Shown: piece by piece, positions 10,452 to 21,737 of the stretch
Numbering within the stretch: position 1 is the first letter of the stretch
Layout: each line of letters begins with the position of its first letter
Origin: Eledone cirrhosa
Taxonomy: Eukaryota
DNA: 64,000 bases
Direction of reading: 5' to 3'
Assembly (NCBI GenBank): GCA_964016885.1
Contig: OZ024742.1
Span: forward strand, 325,128,001-325,192,000
Notes under the pieces: generated by a model
Told to the model about the DNA's origin: nothing
What the model saw: only the letters and a program-made list of their open reading frames with translations
Database searches by the model: none
Translations under genes and position numbers: made by a program

Positions 10452-13400
10452 TTGAGAGTTGGCTGTTTGAACGCGCGTGGCCTGAGCTCAGCTTGGAAGC
10501 AAGCAAAGCTTCTAAGTGACCTCAGGTCACAAAGTATAGATGTGATGGTTGTTTGCGAGAGTCGGATCAGCAGCGTGAGACAGCTGGCGCCCGCCTTCGA
10601 TGACTTTGAGATGCACGCATCTCTCTGTCAACCCGGAGGCGGGGGGGGAGTTGCCGTACTGCTGGATAAACGTCTAACTCTCGACGTACAGATTGTTCAC
10701 TCGGACCCGGGGGGTCGATTACTGGTGCTGGACGTCGGAGGTGGTGAAGGCGGGGCTTTCAGACTGGTCGGTCTTTATGCTCCCTTCGGGGCGGAGAGAG
10801 CCGACTTCTTCCAACGTCTGGAGACTTTTCTAGGAACGTCGCGTTCCCTGCTTTTAGTGGGGGACTGGAATGGAATCCTAGATGCGCGTTGGGACTATGC
10901 AGGGGCATGTCCCGATAGAGGGGGGTGTAGCAGCCTCAAGGGGTTACTCGATCGATTCGACCTGGTCGATAGATTTCGACTAGATTGTCCAACTGCGCCA
11001 ACCTGGACCTGGGCAAACCGCAGTGGACAATCTAGATCGTACCTAGATAGGTTTTTGGTTAGGAGTAAGGATAGGGACGTATTTAGTTGTCCAGAACTGA
11101 TCATGGTTGGCTATTCAGATCACAAATTAGTGACCTGCGTGGTCAACCTTGATAAAACGCATAGACAGGGTCCCGGTTACTGGAAGATGAACTTGTCCTT
11201 ACCGACAAAGAAAGATTACAGAAACCGGATTAGTAGCTTAGTTAAGATGCGGTTGACGGGAGCGATCGTCAACAGTAGGTGGTGGATATCTCTAAAGAGA
11301 GAGATTAGAGTAAGTTCGATAGGTTACAGTAAGGAACTAGCGGCGAATAGAAATAGGAGGGAAAGGGAGTTAACAGATAAACTAGAAGAGGCGATTAGGA
11401 GCGGAGACGTAGCCAGAGTGTTAGCAACGAGAACGGCATTGAGCCAGTTCTTTGACGCGAAGCACGAAGGCTGCGTTGTCCGAAGTAAAATACGTGCTTT
11501 AGGAAACGAGGGGACCAAAGCTGTTAGCTGGGCCCGCGTGACAGAAGCCAAGAGTGGGATTAAATCCACCATTCGGTCTTTGCGAGACCAGGATGGACGG
11601 GTGATCCTTGAACCTGAGCGAATGTGCGAGACCTTTCAAAGGCACTTTGCTCGACTGTTCGGAGGTGGCGGGGGGCCGGACGGGGATGTGGACTTCGGTC
11701 CATACCTCGACGGTCTACCGCGTCTTTCGAGCGGCGAAGCGGAGTGCTGCGAAAGGCCAATCACAGCCACTGAAATCGGGGAAGCGCTCAGCCAATGCAG
11801 CAGACGCAAATCCCCGGGTCTCGATGGTCTACCATACGAACTTTATTTAGCTATGCCGGTCTTGTTCTCCGAACTCCTCGAGGCTGTCTATTGCAACTGG
11901 CAACAGAACGGGAGAATTCCCTGTTCTGTGACCAAGGGCGTGGTCACGCTAGTGAGGAAGGACGAGAGCAAGGGGGACGACTTAAGTAACTTTAGGCCCA
12001 TAACTCTGCTGAATGCAGAGTTACAGATTTTGGCCAAGGTGTTGGCGAAGAGGTTGGCGCTTGTGGTGGGTGGTTTGGTGGGAGACGCGCAGACATGCGC
12101 TATCCCGTCCAGGTCCATTCACGACAACCTCCACCTCATGCGATACATCATAGAGAGGGTTGGCTACGAACCCGGCTTTGGTGGGGCCCTGATCAACTTG
12201 GATCAATCTAAGGCGTTCGATAGGGTCGACCATGGTTACCTGGATGCGGTGCTAGCGGCGGCGGGCTTCGGACCCGTTTTCAGGGGCTGGATTTCTGCCA
12301 TGCACAGTGGCAACATCTACTCTAGGATTAAAGTAAACGGCTACCTCTCGGAGCCGTTTCAAATCACCCGATCCATCAGACAGGGGTGCCCCCTCTCCTC
12401 CCTTCTGTACGTATTGACTCTCGAGCCACTGCTGCGGAAGTTGGAGTTGCTGCGGGGCATACCCCTGGAACCGGGATTGCACAAAGCGGTCTCGGCCTAT
12501 GCCGACGACGTAACAGTAATGGTGGCGGACGCCTCGGAAATCGGGGCGATCGCCACCCTACTGGAGGAATACGAAAGGCTGACGGGGGCTAAGATGAACC
12601 AGGACAAGTCAGTCGGTTTGCAACTCGGAACGTGGAGGGGCAAACCGATGCCGTTAGACGGTGTCGTCGGGAGGTGGACGGAGGGCCCGGTGAAGCTGCT
12701 CGGGGTCTGGTTCGGACCGGACCTCCAGGTGGAGAAGAATTGGGGCGAGGTGACGAGCAGGGTGTTTGCGCTGACCCAGAAGTGGGCCAAGTGCAAACTA
12801 TCACTGAAAGGTCGGGCGGAGGTGACGAACGCTTACATAGCGTCCGTCATCTACTACCGCCTGACCGTCGTGCCTTGCCCCAAGGAAAAGCTCACCATCA
12901 TGGAACGCATGCTCTTCCAGTTCCTCTGGAAGAAGCGGCCTCCCATGGTGAGGAGATCCATCTGCTGCCAGCACCCTTCGAAAGGAGGGCTGGGTATGCC
13001 GTGGCTGTTGATGCGTAGGCACGCATTGAGGCTACGGCATCTACAGGTATTCCTCAACGGTCAGCCGGTGTGGGCCCCGTTTGTGAGGCGAGCCTTCCCA
13101 CAGCTCGTCTCGCTCACCGAACTGCAATCCTGGGTGAAGCAAAGACCGAGAAAACTGGGCAACTGGCACACTGAGTGTGCCCAGGCGCTCACGGCTATCT
13201 GGCAAGCGGACCCGACTGTCAGTGGAGAATCCACCTCGACATTCTATAGAGGGTTGGTGGCTAGCAGGGGCGACGACACCCTTGGAGAGTCGCTAGGCAT
13301 GGAGGAGGACGAACTGGCCAGCCTGTTCGGTAGAACTTTCGGCCCGGGACCCATGGACAACTTCCAGAGGTCCCTAGCCTGGCAGTGTTACCGGGGGGCT

Positions 13401-13880
13401 CTGCCCGTTCGAGAAAAGCTCTACAGACACGGGCGCCCGGGCAGGGATCCCGCGAAAAAGATCTGTCCCAGATGCGTGCGCGACGAGGAAACCGTTGCGC
13501 ATGCACTGGTACACTGCCCGGGCGTTGCCGATCTGTGGGGCTACGTCGAACGACTGCTGTCGCGTGTGGCGCCGATTCGATTAACCGCCGAGTCTGTGGT
13601 GAACATCAAGCCGCCTCCTCCCTTCAGAAATGAAGCAGAGGCGGTCTTTCTGTGCGTAATAGCCATGATGAAAGAGGTTGTGTGGTGGACGCGCCTGAAA
13701 GGTCTGAGGTCGGGTGACTTTCTCTCCGGCCATCACCTGGTTTACTTCTTCCGATACCACTTCGGAAGAAGAATCAGGATGGAGAGAGAAGTGCTTGGTC
13801 CCAGACAGTTTTATGAAAGGTGGGTGAAAGAAGCGAGAATGGCCCGTGTAAATGGGCCTTCTCTCTACATTGTTCTGTAG
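10452..13880 (+). CDS. ORF2, APE endonuclease / reverse transcriptase
   Basis: LNARGL, GDWN, SYLDRF, SDH (APE); KSPGLDG, RPITLLN, LDQSKAFDRVDH, RQGCPLS, AYADD (RT); CPRC-x4-ETVAHALVHC. 1142 codons with no stop, but no ATG at the N-terminus. Confidence 0.96.
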   Translation: MRVGCLNARGLSSAWKQAKLLSDLRSQSIDVMVVCESRISSVRQLAPAFDDFEMHASLCQPGGGGGVAVLLDKRLTLDVQIVHSDPGGRLLVLDVGGGEGGAFRLVGLYAPFGAERADFFQRLETFLGTSRSLLLVGDWNGILDARWDYAGACPDRGGCSSLKGLLDRFDLVDRFRLDCPTAPTWTWANRSGQSRSYLDRFLVRSKDRDVFSCPELIMVGYSDHKLVTCVVNLDKTHRQGPGYWKMNLSLPTKKDYRNRISSLVKMRLTGAIVNSRWWISLKREIRVSSIGYSKELAANRNRRERELTDKLEEAIRSGDVARVLATRTALSQFFDAKHEGCVVRSKIRALGNEGTKAVSWARVTEAKSGIKSTIRSLRDQDGRVILEPERMCETFQRHFARLFGGGGGPDGDVDFGPYLDGLPRLSSGEAECCERPITATEIGEALSQCSRRKSPGLDGLPYELYLAMPVLFSELLEAVYCNWQQNGRIPCSVTKGVVTLVRKDESKGDDLSNFRPITLLNAELQILAKVLAKRLALVVGGLVGDAQTCAIPSRSIHDNLHLMRYIIERVGYEPGFGGALINLDQSKAFDRVDHGYLDAVLAAAGFGPVFRGWISAMHSGNIYSRIKVNGYLSEPFQITRSIRQGCPLSSLLYVLTLEPLLRKLELLRGIPLEPGLHKAVSAYADDVTVMVADASEIGAIATLLEEYERLTGAKMNQDKSVGLQLGTWRGKPMPLDGVVGRWTEGPVKLLGVWFGPDLQVEKNWGEVTSRVFALTQKWAKCKLSLKGRAEVTNAYIASVIYYRLTVVPCPKEKLTIMERMLFQFLWKKRPPMVRRSICCQHPSKGGLGMPWLLMRRHALRLRHLQVFLNGQPVWAPFVRRAFPQLVSLTELQSWVKQRPRKLGNWHTECAQALTAIWQADPTVSGESTSTFYRGLVASRGDDTLGESLGMEEDELASLFGRTFGPGPMDNFQRSLAWQCYRGALPVREKLYRHGRPGRDPAKKICPRCVRDEETVAHALVHCPGVADLWGYVERLLSRVAPIRLTAESVVNIKPPPPFRNEAEAVFLCVIAMMKEVVWWTRLKGLRSGDFLSGHHLVYFFRYHFGRRIRMEREVLGPRQFYERWVKEARMARVNGPSLYIVL

Positions 13881-14111
13881 GTGAAGAAGTGAAGAGGAAA
13901 GGGGGAGCGCCTCCTCTCTGGGCTTCCCCCGCGAAAAGAGTTGCACACTTTTCGGGGGTATGTGCAATCCCCAACACGCCCCCTCCCTTTTGAGGACTTT
14001 TTATTGTTATATTATTATTGTTATTCCTTTTTTCTTTACTCGATTTATGTAAACTCCCCCACTGTGTAAATGTCCCCTTCTTTTATGCCCTCGTGGCAAA
14101 TAAATAGAAAT

Positions 14112-14149
<38 letters not shown>

Positions 14150-14156
14150 GTCTCTC

Positions 14157-14185
14157 ATGCCTTTATGGTAAATAAAGAAATATAT
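14157..14185 (+). mobile_element. Extreme 3'-terminal stub of a related Tx1-like copy
   Basis: atgcctttatggtaaataaagaaatatatctatc resembles the element end atgccctcgtggcaaataaatagaaatttatctatc. Confidence 0.6.
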
Positions 14186-14200
14186 CTATCTATCTGTCTG

Positions 14201-14327
<127 letters not shown>

Positions 14328-14399
14328 ATAGGTGTATATGTATGTATAAAGGAATAAGATTAAGTAGCGAGGATTGAAAATAAATTGCATCATTTAACT

Positions 14400-14451
14400 G
14401 ATCGACGAACGTTTTGATTAACATAACAGGAATATTCCTAACTTCAGAATC
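14400..14451 (-). ncRNA. Decayed type I hammerhead motif (PLE remnant, roughly 14350-15500)
   Basis: Minus strand: gatt-CTGAAGt-...-aAAA-cgttcg-TC-gatc, with two core mismatches. Confidence 0.5.
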
Positions 14452-14761
14452 TTTTAAATAACATGAATATTTACCAACACATTTCCATACGACGATCACA
14501 GAAGTCCGAAAATTTAAGCAAATTCAAATAATGTTTGGAAAACTTTAAAATTTCATGGAAGTCTAAATACGTAAATAAAAATGTATTAGAAATGACAACA
14601 TAACATGCAGTAACTAAATATAGTATACTAAAACATTACACATGCACATATACTACAGACCAAATTAAAATTATGGGTATTCAAGTAGAGTATATAAGTT
14701 TAATAATACTTCTTAATAGAAGTTATATAAATTCTAAAATCAATATTCATTTCATAACAAC

Positions 14762-14966
14762 TGTAGGGCTGTGGGTTGACAGTATCGGTAGAGAGCTTTG
14801 CAGCATAAAGTTGCGGTCCTTTACGGTCTGAGTTCAAATCCCGCCGAGGTTAACTTTGCTTTTCATCCTTATGGGATCTATTAAATAAAGTACCAGTCAC
14901 GCACTGGAGTCGATTTAATCGACTTTCCCTCCCCCAGAATTGCTGGCCTTGTGCCTATATAAGAAA
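14762..14966 (+). mobile_element. SINE family A with 15-bp target-site duplication
   Basis: Same B box and central domain. tcatttcataacaac at 14747-14761 and 14967-14981. Confidence 0.92.
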
Positions 14967-16189
14967 TCATTTCATAACAACAGTATCTTCTGCAGGGTGG
15001 GTACAGGGCTGGAATGTGTAACTCACTGGGAATGGAATTTGAGTTTGTGTGAGCTGTTGGGGAATATGTCACAGAAAGATGGGGGCAAGTTGTAGTGACA
15101 CAGCATAACCAGCTTAGGATAGTTTCCAGGATCACTGTAACAGGAAACTATTCTGTCTGATTATGGTAGTAGTTATTTCTGTGTGTATGATTGTTATAGT
15201 TTAGCTGATGAATTAAGTTGGTGACTTAATTAGTAATGTTAGTTTGGTACGTGTCATGTTAGTTTATTAATCTTGGTGGTTTATCTAATTGGTCCTATTA
15301 TTATAGTTAGTTGGTCTTGTCAGTATAATTAATTCCTTAATTCGTAGTATTAGTTTAGTTAATTGTGTTTATGTATCTATAGTTGTCTTGATATATTAAG
15401 TTAATTAGTTGTCTTAGTGTGTGGTTGTTAGTGTGTCTATGTGTGTGTGTTAGTGGGTGTGTTAGTATGAAATTGGATTAGAGGTGGGTACTGGATATAA
15501 TATATACATATATATATTATATCAAATTCTGTATGATGTTTTGCATAATTTTTCTCGTGCACTCATTGACATCTCTACGTCCTTGACTGATAAATATGAT
15601 ATTATGATATATGAACAAACTCAGTGAAAGTATGCGCGTGATTCTAACTGCACTGAACTTAAAAGACCCCACAACTTCATTAAAATCACGTCTATTTCAG
15701 CTATATAATGTATGTTCTTTCAAGCGATTCTATACTCAGAATTATTTCAGACACAGGCTAAAAATATACTCATACATTTAATTGATTTATTTATTCTTCC
15801 GTGCCTTTTTTAATACAGTCTGTTACAAATATTGATTCAAACTTGGAAACAAAATCGATTATTGCATAGGTTATAATACTGGTTTAGCCATATCAGACAT
15901 TTAGTTTTATATGTTTATGGTTTAGTTAATATTTTGAAAGAAAAAATAAAATATGGAACAGAATGACAATGCAATCTATTGTTTATAGAGGAGATTTTTT
16001 TATTGCTTTCAAACTTCTAAGTTACCAAATAGTTTTAGCTGATGTATTATGGTAGGAGAGTGAAGTTTATGGGTACAATGTTTAATAGATATCTGTACGT
16101 AGGGACTCGGATATGTGCGTAATTGCGTTGAAGAATGTATGTGCGTACACGTGGTGTATGTATACGTTCATACATTTCCATTTCTCTCT

Positions 16190-16343
16190 CTCTCTTTATA
16201 CACACACACACACACACATATATATAAATATATATATATATACATATATAAATATGATTGACTGTGTGTGTGCATGTGTATATATATATATGCATATATT
16301 TAAATATATATATGTATATATATATATATATTCTTTAGCATAA

Positions 16344-16379
<36 letters not shown>

Positions 16380-16413
16380 TTATGCAAAGAATCTTGCTAA
16401 ACAAATTCAGAAA

Positions 16414-16486
<73 letters not shown>

Positions 16487-16613
16487 TATATATATATACA
16501 TATATATATAATTACATATATATATATGCATACATATGTGAGTATGTATATATATACATAAATATACATATATACACATACATACCTACCTACCTTCCTA
16601 ACTACCGACATAT

Positions 16614-16644
<31 letters not shown>

Positions 16645-16687
16645 CATACAAAAAAACCCCAAAAAAACCAGATACATACATAGATAC

Positions 16688-16770
<83 letters not shown>

Positions 16771-17228
16771 TGCATTTACACTAGATGCCGTAGAAAACCG
16801 AATTCAGAAGTCGAAAGATGAAAATAGGAAATATAAAATAAAGAAACGGGAAGAAATTTTACACAACACATCACATATGTGTGATCTGCTCTAAGAATAA
16901 TCAACATAGTTTCTGTGCATTTCGTGGGTTTTGTGTTAGTACTTGTGTTAATGTGTGAAATAAAACGTGAAGAAAAAATGTGTGCACATGTGTAAGGAAT
17001 GGGGAAGGAAGATGGGTATGAGACTGACATAAGTTCGTCAAGCACATTATCTTGCCAAATGTTAGAACTGAGTAAACTTTATTATGAACCAAATATGAAT
17101 GGATGAATAATTATAACGACATTATTAATCTCTCAAATGCGTGGTTTTTGTGTGTACCACATAGCAATATTACATAGATAGCGTGATTTGGGGATAGTAA
17201 ACCTTGATAACATTTGAAACAAATATAT

Positions 17229-17264
<36 letters not shown>

Positions 17265-17271
17265 CATACAC

Positions 17272-17302
<31 letters not shown>

Positions 17303-17385
17303 CATACACACACACATATATATATATAAATATATATATATACATATATACATATATATATATATATACACACATAAATACACAC

Positions 17386-17417
<32 letters not shown>

Positions 17418-17510
17418 GTATATATATATATACATACACACACACATATATATATATAAATATATATATATACATATATACATATATATATACACACACA
17501 CACACACATA

Positions 17511-17589
<79 letters not shown>

Positions 17590-17601
17590 ATATATATATA
17601 T

Positions 17602-17661
<60 letters not shown>

Positions 17662-17930
17662 AAAGAGTGAATAACATGGTCAACAGTACAGAAAAGGGTT
17701 TATTTAGAGCCTGACAATTGTTTCACTGAATATATATATATAGTTGTAAGGTTGCAAGAAAAATGCCTCCGTAGGCGGTATGCCGGTTGAGCATATATAT
17801 ATGTGTGTGTGTTTGTGTGTGTGTGTGTATGTGGGTGTGTGTGTGTGTGTATGTGTGTGTGTGTGTGTATGTGTGTGTGTGTGTGGGTGGGTGGGTGTGT
17901 GCATACGGATATCATACATACGTTTATACT
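16190..17930. repeat. Compound (TA)n/(CA)n/(TACA)n microsatellite region with short unique islands
   Basis: Direct inspection. It accounts for the YIYI/CVCV pseudo-ORFs. Confidence 0.9.
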
Positions 17931-18248
17931 CATACATACGGATATCTTTAAATGTTGTAGAGATGATTTACATAAAAACACTGAATTTATGAGAAGACAC
18001 AATTCAGAAAATATATTAAAATAAAGAGTAAAGTTTTTACAACTTAGTAGTTTCGATCAGATTAGGTGAAACGAATTGAAAGAAAAGAATATTCTCGATT
18101 TTGTTTTCTATTTATTCTATATTATTTCGTATAATTTTCTCGGTTATACTATTTCTGTGTTAGCCGATGGAACTTTCTATTGTTGTTGAAATACATAGGG
18201 CTGGAATATGGAATACAATGGCTATAACATTTACTAGAAGCGATTTCT

Positions 18249-18316
<68 letters not shown>

Positions 18317-18336
18317 GTATACAATTCTCTCTCTCT

Positions 18337-18420
<84 letters not shown>

Positions 18421-18446
18421 AAGGAAATGTGGTAAGGAACCAAGTG

Positions 18447-18586
18447 GACTAAAGAAAGGTTTACTAGGTGGGACGGAATTATAATGAGACACTTACGTCA
18501 CCGTAAAATATATCGGTTGTTTACTTATACCTCTTAAAAGGGTCTCATTATAATTCCGTCCCACCTAGTAAACCTTTCTCTTAGTC
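18447..18586. repeat. Inverted repeat with ~44-bp arms (PLE-type fold-back)
   Basis: gactaaagaaaggtttactaggtgggacggaattataatgagac pairs with gtctcattataattccgtcccacctagtaaacctttctcttagtc. The upstream gtggtaaggaacca is shared with 8077. Confidence 0.9.
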
Positions 18587-18949
18587 TAGCAGTACCAGTG
18601 AGAGACTTGATAGCTGTCCTTGGGATATAGTAACCAGAAATTGTTTTTTTTACATTTAATTGTTTTTTAACACTCTCGATATTTTTCTATATATTTACCC
18701 CATATTGTTTTACTTATTGTTTCACCTTCCTCCCCCTCCCCCTCCCTAGTATCTTCTTTGACCTCCTGCCCAGCTGTAGTTGGCACTATCAACGCACGAC
18801 TGGGTTTCCTCCACCCCCTCTCCCTCTTTCTTCTACTGGCAGGTTCAGCTACCCCTTCCCTCCACAAATTGCCATGATAGAATTATTATGTTTCAACAAC
18901 AAACTTTTGACCAATCCTTGTGACAATCACTTTTACCATATATGGAATT

Positions 18950-19045
18950 ACCCCCTGAGAAGCTCGGCTATTCTTATACCAGGATAAAAATGTTCATTTA
19001 GTCCAGAATTAGCCGTCGAAACGGCTTGAGCTCAGCCGTCGGGGT
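18950..19045 (+). ncRNA. Type I hammerhead motif with extended stems II/III in a PLE pseudo-LTR (18760-19060)
   Basis: acccc-CTGAGAA-..cggcta...tagccg..-GAAA-cggcttgagctcagccg-TC-ggggt, followed shortly by (TA)n. Confidence 0.75.
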
Positions 19046-19055
19046 CCTACTCGTT

Positions 19056-19124
<69 letters not shown>

Positions 19125-19448
19125 TACACCCATATATATGTATAATACACCCATATATATATATATATATATGTAATGAAGCTGTCTGATGAGATCATGG
19201 CACTGGTTACGCGGAATCACGTGGCCACCATTTATATTTTTATATATTTCTATATCTGTATATCTGTTTGACCCGAAATAGGCGATCGAATTTTCGCTGT
19301 GTGGATGATTAGTTTAACCACCATCTCAGTGTATCTGGCCTTTAAGTTGTGAGCTCTAATTCATATGAATTATCGACCGCTTGCCACACAACTCGGAAGT
19401 GATTCTCGTTAATTCCTGAGCTGAAATTCGATTCTCGCTAATTTTTAC

Positions 19449-19558
<110 letters not shown>

Positions 19559-19610
19559 AGTATATGGAAGGAATATATTAGGTTAACGCTTGAAATAGCA
19601 GGAAGAGGGT

Positions 19611-19644
19611 GTTAACGTTTCGGACGCTAGTCCTTCATCGGAAG
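19611..19644 (-). ncRNA. Minimal type I hammerhead motif (U4C core)
   Basis: Minus strand: ctt-CCGATGA-aggac tagc gtcc-GAAA-cg-TT-aac, with palindromic aacgtt stem III. Confidence 0.75.
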
Positions 19645-19761
19645 AAAGAATGAGAAATAAGATAGATTGAAGGGACGGGTGGGGTGGAATTGGAAAGAAT
19701 GTCTTTAGATAAAAATAACAGGTCCAAGTAGTTGCAGATGTTAAAGTCCTTTATTGATAAG

Positions 19762-19836
19762 GCTGTGGTACATATTTCCATGACGACAGTGGCCACGTGA
19801 TTCCGCGTAACCAGTGCCATGACCTCATCAGACAGC
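19762..19836 (-). ncRNA. Type I hammerhead motif, cleavage triplet mutated
   Basis: Minus strand: gctgt-CTGATGA-long stem II-GAAA-tatgta-cc-acagc. Confidence 0.65.
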
Positions 19837-20786
19837 TTCATTACATAATAATGTTATGTTCTCGAGGCAATGCAAACCAAAACGACAAAGGATCGAAGAA
19901 AGATGATGTTTTTGAAGCAGTAGTAATGCTCTGAAATACCGTGATTGAGACGTGGCCGGCATTATATATTGAATCATATACGAAATGCTCATGTATTGTA
20001 AATATCTTTTTAACCTCACTATGAATTTTAAAAGCGTGATCCTGTCACTGACAGTCTTAGTAATAAAGGGAACCGTTTCTAGTTTTTTAACCGTCACCAA
20101 AGAGGCTTACTCCTTTGGTTGCTAAAAGAAATACTATGAAAGCTTATAGTTTTTATGATTAAGAATTTCTGTTGATAAATTTCATTCGTATATCAATTGC
20201 AACTAAGTGGGCAAGTGAAAATTATCGACAACTTGATAAATTTCAAACACAATTGATTCACTTCAACAATCCCCGCATTTTAATTATCAATGTGATAAAT
20301 CTAAGGATTTGATCTCAGACCCCTGTTACTAAAGTAATATGACTTATACTGAAAAATTCCACCTCACACACTTTAATGTCTATATATATCTTAGACAAAA
20401 TTGCCGGCAAAATGTCATAGCATTAGACTAAGCGTAATGCTGGATCTGAACTACAAAATATTTTAACCTGATCAAATATACGTATGAATAGAAATACGTA
20501 ATAATTCTCTGGATTATGATTTAATATAATATGTAAACAGATTCACAGATGATCTTCCTTACACGTCTTAAACATATACAAAATACGTTACGTGCCATCC
20601 ATTCTCTTCAACTTGATTCAGTGGTGAATTATTCGTGTATGATGATTTATTGCATTACCCATTAACATAGGCACTTGTTTAATATTTTCATGCATTGAGG
20701 CGAAGCTATTAAAAAATGTTCAATCACAAATAGTGCATCGTAATGTTAATGAGATCTGGTTTAATACCATTATCTAATGGCATATG

Positions 20787-20966
20787 GCGGTGGATTGCAG
20801 TATCGGTAGAGGATGCCATGCTTTGCAGCACATTTACGTCCCTTTACGGACTGAGTTCAAATCCCGCCGAGGTTAACTTTGGCTTTCATCCTTACGGGGT
20901 CGATAAAATAAAGTACCAGTTATACACTGGATAATTGCTGGCATTGTGCCTGAAGTGGAAACAATT
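20787..20966 (+). mobile_element. SINE family A
   Basis: Same A/B boxes and central domain. Approximate TSD attatcta(a)tggc. Confidence 0.9.
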
Positions 20967-21377
20967 ATCTATGGCGTGTCGTTAATGGAGTTTAATATGT
21001 TTCATATATTTTGACAAAGCCTCATGAATAGGACAAATTACAAGTCTTCATTCGACACCAGATTTGAAGCCATATAATGAATCGTGGGCACTGCGGAACT
21101 TCCTCTGAAAAAAAACAAAAAAACAATAAATGAAATATGTGCATATACATTCATTCATACTTCTAATATTTTAGCATTCAAAAGCACATCTTACACACAT
21201 GAAAGGAATAAACGTATGAATCTATATACTCAGTCACACATACACATGATATACATACATACACAAATGTATTAGTGTATGTGTACTCCACATATGTATG
21301 AGTATACATCCATATAGTGGATACACACGAACTTGCAAACACGCACATTCACTTACATAGATACGTATATATATATA

Positions 21378-21472
21378 TAGTAATAATAATACATTTGAAG
21401 ACTAAAATCCAAAGAGGGCTCGATAAGGGTGAAAGCACCGATTCTTTGCTTAAACTTTAATCTGTTATTGTA

Positions 21473-21478
<6 letters not shown>
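21378..21478 (+). mobile_element. PLE pseudo-LTR remnant with decayed hammerhead
   Basis: tTGAAGA...gggt-GAAA-gca..tgc-TT-aaact between (TA)n tracts. Matches 55850-55896 and 56014-56070. Confidence 0.7.
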
Positions 21479-21540
<62 letters not shown>

Positions 21541-21737
21541 CTCCTTTAACCATCTTTTGATCTTATATTATGCATACTCCAGTCCTACAAACTGTAGAGT
21601 GCTTCTTATCCGATATCTGCATTGCTTTATTGTACTACAATAAAACTCACCTCCTACATTAACTTGATCCTTAACGGTTGAGCGCTTACTCTCATATTGG
21701 ATACCTTTTGATGGTCCTTCACCTCTTCTTCTACAAC

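Larger units (their letters stand above)
8409..14112 (+). mobile_element. Full-length L1/Tx1-clade non-LTR retrotransposon inserted in (TATC)n
   Basis: Short 5' UTR, ORF1 with CCHC knuckle, ORF2 with APE-RT-Cys motif, 3' UTR ending aataaatagaaattt. (ATCT)n lies on both sides (8378-8408, 14113-14149). Confidence 0.95.

Noticed and set aside
10405-10455. GAG|GTAAGT donor, pyrimidine run and TAG acceptor that might splice ORF1 to ORF2
   Set aside because: The intron would be only 39 nt, and splicing gives ATC AAT TGA, a stop rather than the ORF2 frame.
8547-13977. Antisense and alternate-frame ORFs over the Tx1 element (e.g. 9441-10157)
   Set aside because: Shadows of a compositionally skewed coding strand, with no recognisable motifs.
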